In this document: positions 38,335 to 49,300 of the stretch, piece after piece
Layout: each line of letters starts with the position of its first letter
Position numbering within the stretch: the first letter of the stretch is position 1
From: a virus
Virus record (IMG/VR): IMGVR_UViG_3300028840_006907
Span: 64,001 to 128,000 of that record
Strand: one strand, 5' to 3'
Length of the DNA stretch: 64,000 nucleotides
Notes under the pieces: generated by a model
Told to the model about the DNA's origin: nothing
The model's input: only the letters and a program-made list of their open reading frames with translations
Database searches by the model: none
Position numbers and translations under genes: made by a program

Positions 38335-39456
38335 TTATTTCATTCCGTGTTCCCAGTCCTCGACCTCATAAAGAAATTTTGTACCAGCAAGCAACTTCCG
38401 GTTATAGGAAGTACTCTGGATAAATATATTGTATTTGCCAAGATCTGCTTCTTTAGGAGCAAAAGAGACTCTTCCTTCTGGAATGCCTACGATCTCTCTT
38501 GCTTCACTACCACTGAAAAAATCTCCGGTGATTTTATCCTGGAGAATGACTTCTTTATATTCCTGAATCAGAACACGTTTAATAAATTCGTAGAATCCTC
38601 GGCCCTTCTTAAATGTCATCCCATTGTCTAGGACAAATTGTTTAATTGGACAATCTTCCTCAACATCCATAACCTGAAACCGTCCTGGTGGTACTGCAGA
38701 TAGCTTTGTGGTAGCATAACGCTCTTTATATTCTTTCGGAAGTGTAATTTCAGCTCCAGTAAGGGCTGTAAGGTTTTTGACCATGGAACGAGAGAAGTGA
38801 CGCTTCTTGAATCTCTTATTTACAAATTCAACAACTTTCTCTTTCCCGGCCTGGGAATAACATATAGCTTTAATCAGATCTGGAACATCTGAAAACTGAT
38901 TTAGTTCAAGATGAAGTCCTTCAGTTTTTCTGGCTACTTCTTTATAAAAACTGGTAGCATGACGACGGCCTAGTGCCTGAACTGCATATACGTGAACGCC
39001 CATTTCCAGGAGACAGTCTAGTTCGTTTCTCCAATCAAGATGTTTGTAATTTTGAGCCTCATTCTGTTTATGGGGAACATCATCACCGATAAGAACTAAA
39101 ACTTTGTTTTTGCCTGCTGTCCAGTTAAAGGCTCTGGCAGAATGAAGAACTAATTCATAACATTCCGGTGCATCACCACCGTAAGTATTACCACAATGAC
39201 GAATAAATTTTATTAATGAACTTTGATCGGTTGAGAGTTCATGTGTTTTAATAACATAAGTATTTCCATCATCACAATAATCCCCATGTGCAATTAACCC
39301 CATGCGAAAATTTGGTATGTCTTTAAAGAGATTTTTTGTAAACTTTTCGACCTCTTTTCGAACCTGGGTCAGGCATGGGTACATCGAGCCAGTAGTGTCA
39401 AAAGACACTAACACTTCGACGATTCCTTCTTTTTCATCCATAATTTTTTCCTCCAA
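38335..39456 (-). CDS. vWA-like domain protein
   Basis: MIDAS-like VSFDTTGSM near N-terminus. Confidence 0.4.
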   Translation of the reverse strand: MEEKIMDEKEGIVEVLVSFDTTGSMYPCLTQVRKEVEKFTKNLFKDIPNFRMGLIAHGDYCDDGNTYVIKTHELSTDQSSLIKFIRHCGNTYGGDAPECYELVLHSARAFNWTAGKNKVLVLIGDDVPHKQNEAQNYKHLDWRNELDCLLEMGVHVYAVQALGRRHATSFYKEVARKTEGLHLELNQFSDVPDLIKAICYSQAGKEKVVEFVNKRFKKRHFSRSMVKNLTALTGAEITLPKEYKERYATTKLSAVPPGRFQVMDVEEDCPIKQFVLDNGMTFKKGRGFYEFIKRVLIQEYKEVILQDKITGDFFSGSEAREIVGIPEGRVSFAPKEADLGKYNIFIQSTSYNRKLLAGTKFLYEVEDWEHGMK

Positions 39457-39495
39457 TTTATGATTTTGGATTTTTGAATTTGTTTATTTATGTAT

Positions 39496-39852
39496 TTATG
39501 TTTTTTTGGCTGGAAAACCTAAATATGTAAGTTTCCAATCTAATTTTTGAGTCCATCCTTTTTCGATGGCTATATTTCTTGCTTCTTTTCTTGTCCTTGC
39601 TTGAATAACTTTAAAAAAATCTTTACGTGCAGGTACAGTAAAAAGAAAGAGAGGGGGATTTCCGTTAGGCATCTCCACTTTTGGAAGATGTTGATCTTTA
39701 GAGAAAATCCTCTCTATAGTTGTTACCCGATACCCACACTTTGGATTGGTACATAATCTCCTTCGCCTAGTGACATAAGGAGTTTTACAACGTGAATCTA
39801 TTACTTGAGTAGCACTCTCACATTGAGGGCATTTAAATTTTGTATGTGTCAT
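39496..39852 (-). CDS. NrdR-like zinc-ribbon regulator without ATP-cone
   Basis: [16 protein letters not shown]...TRRRRLC...RVTTIERI matches NrdR N-terminal zinc ribbon. Confidence 0.5.
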   Translation of the reverse strand: MTHTKFKCPQCESATQVIDSRCKTPYVTRRRRLCTNPKCGYRVTTIERIFSKDQHLPKVEMPNGNPPLFLFTVPARKDFFKVIQARTRKEARNIAIEKGWTQKLDWKLTYLGFPAKKT

Positions 39853-40726
39853 CTATACTTTGTTCCGCTATATTTAACAAATATTTTCCGTAATTATTCT
39901 TTTCCATTGGTAGAGCTAGGTTCATTAATTGCCCCTCATTTATATAACCATTTCGGTATGCTATCTCTTCAGGAGAAGAAATGATCAGTCCTTGTCTGGT
40001 TTGTATAGCTTCTACAAACTGGGAAGCTTGCATCATGGATTCATGTGTACCCGTATCAAGCCATGCTACTCCTCGGCCAAGAAGTTCTACTTTCAATAAT
40101 TCTTTTTCAAGATAAATCTGGTTAAGGCTAGTTATTTCAAGTTCTCCTCTGGGGGAGGGTTTTACCTGATGAGCGTATTCCACAACATTTTCATCATAGC
40201 AATATAAACCGGTAACAGCATAGTTTGATTTTGGATATTTGGGTTTCTCTTCAATACTAATGGCTCTTCCGTGTCCATTAAATTCTACAACTCCATATCT
40301 TTGGGGATCTGTGACTTGGTAACCGAAAACAGTAGCACCATGATTAAGTGTTACTGATTTTCGGAGTTTATCAATGAATTTATGACCCCAGAATATATTG
40401 TCTCCTAAAATGAGTGTCGTAGGTGAATCCATGGCAAAATCAGCCCCGACAAGAAAGGCTTGAGCCAGCCCTTCAGGTTTAGGTTGTATTACATAAGAGA
40501 AGGACAGCCCCAATTTATGGCCATCTCCGAGTAATCGTTTATACGACTCTATATCCTGGGGTGTTGATATTATGAGAATTTCTCTAATTCCTGCAAGCAT
40601 TAGTATTGATAGAGGATAATATATCATCGGCTTATCGTATATAGGAATTAACTGTTTGCTTATTCCTATAGTAGCTGGATAGAGCCTAGTCCCTGATCCT
40701 CCGGCAAGGATAATACCTTTTACCAT
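39833..40726 (-). CDS. rmlA: glucose-1-phosphate thymidylyltransferase
   Basis: [19 protein letters not shown]...[16 protein letters not shown]-terminus. Confidence 0.85.
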   Translation of the reverse strand: MVKGIILAGGSGTRLYPATIGISKQLIPIYDKPMIYYPLSILMLAGIREILIISTPQDIESYKRLLGDGHKLGLSFSYVIQPKPEGLAQAFLVGADFAMDSPTTLILGDNIFWGHKFIDKLRKSVTLNHGATVFGYQVTDPQRYGVVEFNGHGRAISIEEKPKYPKSNYAVTGLYCYDENVVEYAHQVKPSPRGELEITSLNQIYLEKELLKVELLGRGVAWLDTGTHESMMQASQFVEAIQTRQGLIISSPEEIAYRNGYINEGQLMNLALPMEKNNYGKYLLNIAEQSIDDTYKI

Positions 40727-40944
40727 TATTTTGTCTCTCCTTCAAAAGCTGCTTCTTTTTCATCACCTTTATTTTTATTAGCCATTTCGATGTATCTTTG
40801 TTCAATAAGATATGCTATCTCACCAGGTTCTAAATTTAATACAGCAAACCATCCTGGCATATCATTACGCATTAATCTTATTTGTACAACAGTAGGAGAG
40901 TGTTTTACATCACAGATGCTTATAACAGGCTTTTGTTTTGACAT
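40726..40944 (-). CDS. small protein with MPGWFA motif (paralog A)
   Basis: 72 aa; motif shared with adjacent ORF. Confidence 0.4.
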   Translation of the reverse strand: MSKQKPVISICDVKHSPTVVQIRLMRNDMPGWFAVLNLEPGEIAYLIEQRYIEMANKNKGDEKEAAFEGETK

Positions 40945-40952
40945 AATTCCCC

Positions 40953-41177
40953 CTATTTTGATTTTAATTTTCTTGGTAATTTAGAAAACCCGCTACGGTC
41001 TTCAATTCCATTTTGAATTAAATTTTCATCAATTTTATATTTCTCTTCAAGTAATTGAGTAATTTCTTCTGCATCTAAATCCAATTCTGCAAACCATCCT
41101 GGCATATTTTTTTCTTTTAGTGTGATTCTGATAGCCCCCTCAACAGGTATCACATCTAATATGCTAAATGATCCCAT
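40953..41177 (-). CDS. small protein with MPGWFA motif (paralog B)
   Basis: 74 aa; tandem paralog of 40726-40944. Confidence 0.4.
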   Translation of the reverse strand: MGSFSILDVIPVEGAIRITLKEKNMPGWFAELDLDAEEITQLLEEKYKIDENLIQNGIEDRSGFSKLPRKLKSK

Positions 41178-41189
41178 CCTTTCTCCTTA

Positions 41190-41441
41190 TTAACATTTGG
41201 GTGGTTGGTTATAACTGGACACATTTGCAAGAGAACCAAATGCACTTTTAACTCCTTTAAAAGTTGATGTGATTATATTGTCTATTGTTGAAATAGTAAC
41301 TTTACATATAGTTACTATCCCTGTAACAATCACCCACAATGAAAATCCTGCCGTAACTAGAGTGAAACAACAAACAATTGTTTCTTGCACGTTGAGCCCA
41401 TCATTAATTAATTCCACTATTGCTTGCATTAATTCATTCAT
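41190..41441 (-). CDS. small membrane protein
   Basis: 83 aa, hydrophobic. Confidence 0.35.
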   Translation of the reverse strand: MNELMQAIVELINDGLNVQETIVCCFTLVTAGFSLWVIVTGIVTICKVTISTIDNIITSTFKGVKSAFGSLANVSSYNQPPKC

Positions 41442-41466
41442 ATCTGATTCCTATTTTATTTATTAT

Positions 41467-41931
41467 TTAATCTTCCCAAACAGTGTATTTATTAACACCT
41501 TGCCAATTAGTCTTATCATAAATGATCACAGGTCTTAAGAGATCCGGATCCAGAGCCATGGGAATCAACCATCTTAAATTTGGAATGATATTATTTGGCA
41601 AGTTGTTAATATCTGCTATAATTACTTTCTCATCTGTGGGATTATGTTCGGGTAAAATCAGTGCTGCTTTATTCAAAGCATAGAAAAAATAAACTCTCCA
41701 TCCTGAACCATTTATGATAGCAAAGTTTTTAAAATCCGCGATAGTATAAGAAGTTTCTTCTTTAAATTCCCTGATCATTGCCTGTTCAGGAGACTCCATT
41801 GGTTCAATATGACCTCCTATTCCGTTTACTTTATTTATCTGCCATTCTGGTCGATTTTTTTCTATCAGCATTACTTTATTAGTATGCCCTAAACAATCAT
41901 TAAAAAGAAATCCGACTACCATTTCAGTCAT
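41467..41931 (-). CDS. Nudix hydrolase (second copy)
   Basis: Nudix box GGHIEPMESPEQAMIREFKEETS. Confidence 0.6.
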   Translation of the reverse strand: MTEMVVGFLFNDCLGHTNKVMLIEKNRPEWQINKVNGIGGHIEPMESPEQAMIREFKEETSYTIADFKNFAIINGSGWRVYFFYALNKAALILPEHNPTDEKVIIADINNLPNNIIPNLRWLIPMALDPDLLRPVIIYDKTNWQGVNKYTVWED

Positions 41932-42317
41932 TCTTTTACTACCTCGATTGCGGGTTCACCTGGTTTATATGAATTACAAAGAGAATCGATAAATTCTTCT
42001 ATTGTACCGTACCTTTCTCGGGCACCTAATCCTTTATATTTTTCATTGTTCCAAAATTGGTCTGCCCGTTTCTCCATATACTCTCGATGTTTCTCAGGAG
42101 TAAGATCTGTAAAGATCCTGGAACCAACGGGAGGATCGTAATTAGGAAGACAACAATCTCCTTCCCAGTTTATATGAAGCATGTCTTTACCACATTTTAT
42201 ACATGTGATACCAAACGGGGTAACACCATCACGGCTGTTCCATATTGTTTCGGAATATCCACAATCCTTACACTGATATTTCATTAAACAGAAAGCTTCT
42301 TTGTGTAGATATGCCAT
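41928..42317 (-). CDS. zinc-ribbon protein
   Basis: CKDCG...CIKCG pairs. Confidence 0.45.
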   Translation of the reverse strand: MAYLHKEAFCLMKYQCKDCGYSETIWNSRDGVTPFGITCIKCGKDMLHINWEGDCCLPNYDPPVGSRIFTDLTPEKHREYMEKRADQFWNNEKYKGLGARERYGTIEEFIDSLCNSYKPGEPAIEVVKE

Positions 42318-42329
42318 AGATCCTCCTTG

Positions 42330-42542
42330 TTAATGTCCAAATACTTCATCTGTATCATCTTCAACAAATGCTATAGGATCAGCTACTCCGAATTCTCCCA
42401 TATCTTTTACGCACTCATGGTAAACACAAGTGGGAGTTAACGGCTTGTTTGCTTTAACATTTTCTTTGAATTCAATCTCATTTATACCAATTTCAAAAGT
42501 GCGCTTACAATTTCTGCATAAAAGTTTAATATAATATTTCAT
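42330..42542 (-). CDS. small zinc-ribbon protein
   Basis: 70 aa. Confidence 0.35.
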   Translation of the reverse strand: MKYYIKLLCRNCKRTFEIGINEIEFKENVKANKPLTPTCVYHECVKDMGEFGVADPIAFVEDDTDEVFGH

Positions 42543-42790
42543 TTGGTTTTGTCCTTTTTAAGTCTGTTTTTAACCCGGTCCTTTTCTTGAAAATGCAAAT
42601 CTGCTGTTGACATGTGTGGGCATCCATCATATGGATCAGTGCAGAATTTAATTTCATGCCGAAAACCAATATGTGATTTTATTAATATTATTTTTTTGCA
42701 CCATATGTTTTTGTCTTCATCAGTTATAAGACAACAGACTGGTAGGGTTTCAATACCTTTATTAGAATTTTCTTCGTAATTTACCATCAA
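42539..42790 (-). CDS. hypothetical small protein
   Basis: 83 aa, overlapping stop/start. Confidence 0.35.
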   Translation of the reverse strand: MMVNYEENSNKGIETLPVCCLITDEDKNIWCKKIILIKSHIGFRHEIKFCTDPYDGCPHMSTADLHFQEKDRVKNRLKKDKTK

Positions 42791-42996
42791 TTTAAACCTA
42801 TATGATCAAATCGTTTCAAGGCACATTCTACACATTCATCATCACTTTTTATTTCTATTTTCGGATTTACATCACATCCGCAGTCTATGCATTTCTTTGG
42901 TTTAATTAATCTCGCTTTAATATTTAATTTTGTAAATAGTTGTATAAATTTTCCTATAAACTTTTCTTGTGTTTCTATTATAAAATAGTGGCTCAT
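42787..42996 (-). CDS. small zinc-ribbon protein
   Basis: 69 aa, CIDCG...CVEC. Confidence 0.35.
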   Translation of the reverse strand: MSHYFIIETQEKFIGKFIQLFTKLNIKARLIKPKKCIDCGCDVNPKIEIKSDDECVECALKRFDHIGLN

Positions 42997-43047
42997 TTAT
43001 TGTTCTTGCCCTTTTGCAAGGTTCCTTTCTTTTTAGGTTTAAATACA

Positions 43048-44658
43048 TTAGTACAGAGGCTTTCCTGGTGCTGATCTCATACTCATAGGTCTTGGTATTT
43101 CTTCTTTCGCTGTTTCATCTTCTATAATAGCTATCTCTTCATTGAATTTATATGCTTTTAAATTCTTTTTAGACTGTTCGAAAAAGGTGATAGCTTTATC
43201 GATTTCATCTATAAGTGTTGATGTTTCCGGATTATCCATATTAATAAAGACCTTTTCAATAATACCGCATGTTAATTCTGCTTGTGTAAAATTATTGTTT
43301 AAGCATCGTGTTAGTATTTTTTCCAGATCTTTTTGTAGAGGAAATTCAATATCTTCGAATTTGGTATAGAAGCGTTTTAGTTTATTGAATTTGGACAGCA
43401 TCACGACATATGCCTCATCCCCGGTTCTGGGAGGTTTTATTTCAACTATTTCATCGAATCTCCCTGGTCGGTCAATGATAGTTTTATGGACTAATTCTGT
43501 GTCGTTAATGGTTATTAAAAGAACTATGTTAAGGTTATTATTTGTATCATCTATTTCATTTATAAAAGCTCCAACACGTTCGTTTTTTTCCTTAAATCCA
43601 AGAGCATCGAGATCTTCAATAATAACAAGAGCTGGTTGAATCATCCGAACAAATTGAAAGCACTTTTTTATTCGGTAAACTGTGCTGAATTCTTCAGGAC
43701 CTAGTTTGATAATAGTTATATCCGTAAGGATCTCTTCGAGTTTTTTTATGATAATAGATTTACCGGTACCCTGAAGCCCTATGAATCCGAAACCCCTTTT
43801 ACGATTATACTTTAAAATTTTCCTTATTACTTGTGCAAAAGCAGGAACATCATATTGGTTGATATTCTCTTCAACCTTCTGACGTGGTTTTGTTATAAGG
43901 CCATTTCTGAATTCCAATATATTGTCATGGGTATTAAAGGTGACAATGAAATCTTTTATTATGAGTTCTTCTAGATCGCGGATAATTTCTTCTGCTGAGT
44001 AAGATGAATTTAACGCATATTGTAAATCAAAGTAATATGAGGAAGATATCAACTTTGTGATCTTTAAATCGAACAATATTTTCTCATCATTAAATTCAAC
44101 CAGAATAAGGATCTCATTAAATTCGTGATCGAGTGAAACCTTTTCTAATGGTTTAAAAGAATGATCATAGTAACCTATTATTTTATATCCATTTGTTTTC
44201 GGGCTTTTAAATAGCCAGAATATGATGTCTTCATTTAAATATTTAGTCTCGTAATAACTGACATTATGGATATCCTCTATCTCTAAAAATTCTTTTAATT
44301 TCTTCTGCCTCTTATCATATTCAGAAAGTTCTTTTTGGTTTATTTTATCTATATATTTCTTGATTTTAATACCCATCTCCAGGCCATAGAGTGAAGCCGG
44401 TAAGGTATAGCGAAATAAGTTGAAGGTGTTTTTAAAAGTGAGTTTTCGATTACCATTGGTTAAGAATTTAAATCCTTTATCTAAATCTAAGATAACAGAT
44501 AAAGCTTTTGTGATATCTGCTGGACTTCCGTAATTTTCACCAATAAAATTGAATAAATGATATAGTTTGTGGTTTCTGGGAACCAGATTCATCAGTGATA
44601 TATCTGTTTTGGGATTTTCATCTCCTGCTGTCGTTACTGGCATATTTACTCGTGGCAT
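43048..44658 (-). CDS. AAA+ ATPase
   Basis: Walker A GLQGTGKS and Walker B VIIEDLD. Confidence 0.6.
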   Translation of the reverse strand: MPRVNMPVTTAGDENPKTDISLMNLVPRNHKLYHLFNFIGENYGSPADITKALSVILDLDKGFKFLTNGNRKLTFKNTFNLFRYTLPASLYGLEMGIKIKKYIDKINQKELSEYDKRQKKLKEFLEIEDIHNVSYYETKYLNEDIIFWLFKSPKTNGYKIIGYYDHSFKPLEKVSLDHEFNEILILVEFNDEKILFDLKITKLISSSYYFDLQYALNSSYSAEEIIRDLEELIIKDFIVTFNTHDNILEFRNGLITKPRQKVEENINQYDVPAFAQVIRKILKYNRKRGFGFIGLQGTGKSIIIKKLEEILTDITIIKLGPEEFSTVYRIKKCFQFVRMIQPALVIIEDLDALGFKEKNERVGAFINEIDDTNNNLNIVLLITINDTELVHKTIIDRPGRFDEIVEIKPPRTGDEAYVVMLSKFNKLKRFYTKFEDIEFPLQKDLEKILTRCLNNNFTQAELTCGIIEKVFINMDNPETSTLIDEIDKAITFFEQSKKNLKAYKFNEEIAIIEDETAKEEIPRPMSMRSAPGKPLY

Positions 44659-44927
44659 TATTCTTTATCTTCTTCCTCTATTAATTTGTAACCCATACTA
44701 TGAGGCTCTTGTGGTTTAAAATATTTGTCATAAGTATCTGTGTCATCAATGTGAGCTATAATATAATCCCCTTTTATTTCTTTTACTTTCCCTATTATTT
44801 TATCTCCAAATTTAATTGGAGACCCTATAGGAGGTGCCCCTAAATTTGGGTTAATAGGAAATTTTATAAATTCCCCTTTTTCTTTTCGTTTTAAGAATTT
44901 TAAGAATATTTTTGGAAGAGCCATCAT
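44658..44927 (-). CDS. hypothetical small protein
   Basis: 89 aa. Confidence 0.35.
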   Translation of the reverse strand: MMALPKIFLKFLKRKEKGEFIKFPINPNLGAPPIGSPIKFGDKIIGKVKEIKGDYIIAHIDDTDTYDKYFKPQEPHSMGYKLIEEEDKE

Positions 44928-45202
44928 AATCCTAGTGCTTCTTTTTCTTTTTTGGTTAATTTTTTTAAAGCTCTTTTTCTGTAAATAACTTTGGGATCTG
45001 TTTTATCCAAATTATAGACTTTTCCTTCAACAATGACACGACCGCCACTGATCTCTTCTCCACTGGCTTTTAAAGGTCTGTAATCAACCCATTCTTCTTT
45101 CAAATCCCCACATTTTAATTCACAAGTTTCTTTATGGATAAATGCCTCTTTCATAAGATTCGACCCACCCATTGTACTTCTTTTCATTAAATAGACTTCC
45201 AT
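44924..45202 (-). CDS. hypothetical small protein
   Basis: 92 aa. Confidence 0.35.
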   Translation of the reverse strand: MEVYLMKRSTMGGSNLMKEAFIHKETCELKCGDLKEEWVDYRPLKASGEEISGGRVIVEGKVYNLDKTDPKVIYRKRALKKLTKKEKEALGL

Positions 45203-45612
45203 TATTTATTCCTTTTAATCAATGTCAAAAGAGTCAGCACTTCCACATTTGGGACACCTAGCTTTTCCATGGTTGTGGTCTCTTTTCCAATTCTCATAAA
45301 ACCACCATTTTTGAATCCAAAACTTTCGAAAGATCCTTTTAAATTGCTGTAACGCTAACCACCAGGAGTGCGGGTCAGATCTTTTCCAACCATTTTCTTC
45401 AGCATAATAGTCATCAAACCTAATTCGTGTTGGATACCAGTAACCTTTTTTAGTGAATACATATGAAAGGAAACAGGATATTGGATTATACCCCCATTTT
45501 ATTTTTATGATTGGGAAAGTATAATAACCATATTTTCCAAATTTAAAGTCCCAGAAATCATCCTGACTCCAATCACAGTTATGACAGTGTAAATAAGCGA
45601 TATTTAACTCCT

Positions 45613-46407
45613 TTATATATAGGTAGTGATTGTCTTTTCTACTGCCATAGGCAAAGTCTCAAAATTGGCATCTAATCTAATACAGGGAATTATACTAACA
45701 ATTTCTTCCATATTAAAATGCGATACTTCAAGTTCTCGTTTATAACCATCACTGTAATGATCGTAACATTTTTTATATTTATTAACAAAGTCTTGCCTGA
45801 CAACGAGATTTCTGTTTTCTTCTACAATAAGCCTCCCTTTGGTACCCTTGGTTCTCTGTACTACATTGTAGTATCTTTTCGCATATTTCGGAATTTTAAA
45901 ACGCCATAGATCATCAGGAGAAGCCCCACTGAATTTTACTGCTAATTTTCTTTTTTTCGATGGAGGTAAAAAACCGTCAATTAAAATCAATGCCTGTATG
46001 TTAGGTTTTTTATGATATGGTTTGAAAAAAGACAAGGCGGTAAGGGTATCCCCAACTCCGAAGCTCTTGGCAACAATGATATGATTAACATTATTTCCAT
46101 AATATTGCATAGTTTGTTGTAAAGCCTCAAAGAGACATTCTTCTGAGTCAGATCCAATAGTACCTCGACCAAAGATGAATACATAATTATCTTTGGTCTC
46201 AGGGGCCTTATTGCTCGTCCTGGCTTGTTCAACCCCGGTTAAGACTTCATAAAACAGGGAAGAATTGGTTTTCTCTATTTCTTGAACGTGAGGTAGCCAG
46301 ATAGTATTATAACCATCTAGTGCGTTCATATCAAAAGGATGTTCAGTGTCCTTTTGATGGAACCGGTTCATCCCAAGCATTACTGTTATAATAGTATATG
46401 AATCCAT
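45613..46407 (-). CDS. hypothetical protein
   Basis: 264-aa ORF. Confidence 0.5.
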   Translation of the reverse strand: MDSYTIITVMLGMNRFHQKDTEHPFDMNALDGYNTIWLPHVQEIEKTNSSLFYEVLTGVEQARTSNKAPETKDNYVFIFGRGTIGSDSEECLFEALQQTMQYYGNNVNHIIVAKSFGVGDTLTALSFFKPYHKKPNIQALILIDGFLPPSKKRKLAVKFSGASPDDLWRFKIPKYAKRYYNVVQRTKGTKGRLIVEENRNLVVRQDFVNKYKKCYDHYSDGYKRELEVSHFNMEEIVSIIPCIRLDANFETLPMAVEKTITTYI

Positions 46408-46654
46408 CCATTCTCCTAATTGTTGAAAAAGCTACATATATTTTACGACATAAGGAGACGCTTTCATTAAGTAGTTTTTTTGAAAATCTAAAATAGTTTT
46501 ATTCGGGAAAAATTTCTGTGGTTAAATATTTGATATTAAAGTATGATTTTAAAGGAATTATCTAAGTTAAATCATTTTTTCAACTCAACAACGTAATATT
46601 AATATACCTTCATAAATATAGAACACTCTTTATCACATTTTTTTAGGATGGATT

Positions 46655-47758
46655 ATGAAATTGTTTGTTACCGGTGGAGCAGGATTTATAGGAGCTAATT
46701 TCGTAAATTATTGGATTCAGAAACACCCCAATGACTATGTTACTGTTTTTGATAAATTAACGTATGCAGGGAATCTTAGTAGTTTATCAAAAGTAATGAA
46801 ACATCCTCATTTTAAATTCATTCGTGGGGATATTTTAGATTATAATTTATTATGCAAATCATTGAAAGAAGTAAGTACAGTTGTTCATTTCGCTGCGGAA
46901 TCCCATGTGGATCGGTCTCTTTCGGGATATGAAGCAGAGATGTTGTTTAATCGAACTAATTTGGATGGTACTATCACGCTTCTTCATGCTTGTTCTTTAA
47001 TGGATGTTGAGAGATTTCATCATGTCTCTACAGATGAGGTATATGGTGATTTAGGATATGATGATAAGCCATTTAATGAGAAATCACCCTATAATCCCCA
47101 TAACCCTTATGCTATAAGTAAAGCTGCGGCTGATTTTGCGGTTAGAGGATTTTCCCGTAGTCATGGGTTGGTATATACTATAAGTAATTGTACCAATAAT
47201 TATGGTAAATACCAAACCCCAGAAAAAATTATCCCTCGATCTATATGTCTTTTATTGCAGGATAAAAAGATTGAACTCTATACCGATGAACTAGGAAATC
47301 CAGGGACGAATATTCGAGATTGGATTTTTGTAGAAGATCATTGTAGGGCAATTGAGAAGATCCTTTTATATGGGAAAAATGGAGAAACTTATTGTATTGG
47401 TGGTAATTGTGAGCTAAAAAATATCGAATTGGTTAAAAAGATTTTAGCAATTATGTCAAAATTATTGGGTAAAACCTTTTTTGTTGAAAATAATGTCAAA
47501 CTAGTTAAAGACAGACCCGGGCATGATTTAAGATATGCTATGGATATTGAGAAGATTTCTTCTGAGTTGGACTGGATCCCTAAGCATTCATTTAATGAGG
47601 CATTTGAGTTAACCGTAAAGTGGTATTTATCAGAAGAAGGACAACAGTGGTTAAAATCAGTTGAAAAAACTTCTGGGGAAGTGAGAAAAGATCAGAGTAA
47701 AAAACATAAGAAGAGTTTTGATCTAAAGAATAAATTCAGCCATATTTTCAAACAGTAG
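46655..47758 (+). CDS. rmlB: dTDP-glucose 4,6-dehydratase
   Basis: MKLFVTGGAGFIGANFVNYW Rossmann N-terminus, YAISKAAAD catalytic YxxxK. Confidence 0.85.
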   Translation: MKLFVTGGAGFIGANFVNYWIQKHPNDYVTVFDKLTYAGNLSSLSKVMKHPHFKFIRGDILDYNLLCKSLKEVSTVVHFAAESHVDRSLSGYEAEMLFNRTNLDGTITLLHACSLMDVERFHHVSTDEVYGDLGYDDKPFNEKSPYNPHNPYAISKAAADFAVRGFSRSHGLVYTISNCTNNYGKYQTPEKIIPRSICLLLQDKKIELYTDELGNPGTNIRDWIFVEDHCRAIEKILLYGKNGETYCIGGNCELKNIELVKKILAIMSKLLGKTFFVENNVKLVKDRPGHDLRYAMDIEKISSELDWIPKHSFNEAFELTVKWYLSEEGQQWLKSVEKTSGEVRKDQSKKHKKSFDLKNKFSHIFKQ

Positions 47759-47760
47759 AA

Positions 47761-47800
47761 GTTGGCCTCTCCTATAAGAAGAGGCCAACCATTCTTTAAG
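47761..47800 (+). terminator. rho-independent terminator-like hairpin after rmlB
   Basis: Perfect 10-bp stem GTTGGCCTCT/AGAGGCCAAC then CATTCTTTAAG. Confidence 0.5.
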
Positions 47801-47872
47801 TGGTATACACAACTTAAAGAGCGGTCCTTCATGTTAACGTAGGTAATTTTCTCTGTAAGTTGTTGATTTATA

Positions 47873-48282
47873 TGGAGGTGAGGAGAGTTGAACTCCTGTC
47901 CGCGAAGGTATCTTGAGTAAACCTCTACATGTTTAGTCTATGGTTTAAATCTTATTCATAATCACGTTCACAGACAAACTTAATTAAGAACCAGTCTCTA
48001 GTCTCATTCATTGGTCAAGACTCCTCAATGAACCAGAACCCGTTTGGCTATCCGGAATTAACAGGGTTCAGTTAAAACCGGATTTGTCGTTTTTTGTTTA
48101 AACGACGGCTTCTTCTGCTTGATGAATAGCAGCAAGGTTAAGTGCTGAAAACATCGCACAGAAGTTAACTGTATTAGTTTTTTCAGTTATTATTGAAATC
48201 GGCTTTTTTACGAGGCCAACCGATTAACCTCGACATGCAGTTTACATTTCAACTCATCACGTCGAAAACCAAGTACACCCCC
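47873..48282 (-). ncRNA. ssrA: tmRNA (SsrA)
   Basis: Minus strand starts GGGGGUGUACUUGGUUUUCGACG, has GCAUGUCGAGG...GGUUGGCCUCGUAAAAAAGCCG, ends GGACAGGAGUUCAACUCUCCUCACCUCCA; 620-bp ORF-free gap. Confidence 0.65.
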
Positions 48283-48382
48283 AGAATTATCAAAGAACTA
48301 TTAATAGTATAAACTATTTCAATGAAAATATCAAATGTTTTTATCTTTATAAGGCTGTTTTTTAATTAGACTAAATACTAAT

Positions 48383-49201
48383 TTAACTTGATAAAGTTAA
48401 GCTTGGCACTTTTTTAATAGTAGTCTCAGTTTTACTCTCTTCAAAACTGACACCAACAGTAGTCTCATAAAAATCATATAATTTCTCTAATTGTTCTTCC
48501 AATCTTTGATTTGATTCAATAGCTATTTCTCTCGCTTGTTTAAACATGTTATAAGCCATTTTTAAATAATCTTCTTTGTTTTCATCGTAAGCTTCACGAA
48601 TTTCTTCCCTTGATACTTCCATTTTATCACTACAATAAAAATTATCAAAAAACTGGCTAGTTAATTCATATAGTATGATAGCTTTTTTCTCAGCATATTC
48701 TTTAAATTCATTATCAGTCATTTTATCAATATGATTTTGTTTAAATGCTGTAATCATGAGTTCTTTGACATCTCTACACATAATTAAATCTACAAGAGTG
48801 GCAAATGCTTTGTAATCTTCATGAGATGTGACATTTTTACTATCTTTAATATGTGGCATAAGAAGTTTACCATAAGTATTAAGCATGGCTGAACGGGAGA
48901 TAATTAATTGTTCTTCAACAGCAGACATTTGAGCTTTAAGAGTTTCCTGATATTTGATATTGCTATATACAGACATCACTTCAATTGTTTTTACCACGGT
49001 TTTTTTGAAATCAATGTTATGAGGGCATTTTTCATGAGGGGATGTTTTTCCTCCTTTTTGTGTCCCCAGTGCGAATACGAAAGATTTACCTATTTTTATA
49101 TATGGTTTTCCAAGAAAAATGATGATTAGTAATGTGATTAGGATAATGAGCAACACAGTCATAAGTTGCCAAAACTCAAATTTACTTAGAAATTCGACCA
49201 T
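48383..49201 (-). CDS. membrane-anchored hypothetical protein
   Basis: 272 aa with N-terminal transmembrane helix. Confidence 0.5.
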   Translation of the reverse strand: MVEFLSKFEFWQLMTVLLIILITLLIIIFLGKPYIKIGKSFVFALGTQKGGKTSPHEKCPHNIDFKKTVVKTIEVMSVYSNIKYQETLKAQMSAVEEQLIISRSAMLNTYGKLLMPHIKDSKNVTSHEDYKAFATLVDLIMCRDVKELMITAFKQNHIDKMTDNEFKEYAEKKAIILYELTSQFFDNFYCSDKMEVSREEIREAYDENKEDYLKMAYNMFKQAREIAIESNQRLEEQLEKLYDFYETTVGVSFEESKTETTIKKVPSLTLSS

Positions 49202-49300
49202 AAGATAAACTCCTCCGAAATATTTAAACGATTAAAATGCTGTTATCTTGTTGCAATTTCTGTTTAATAAATTTTCGGTATTAATACATTATTGGAGTTT

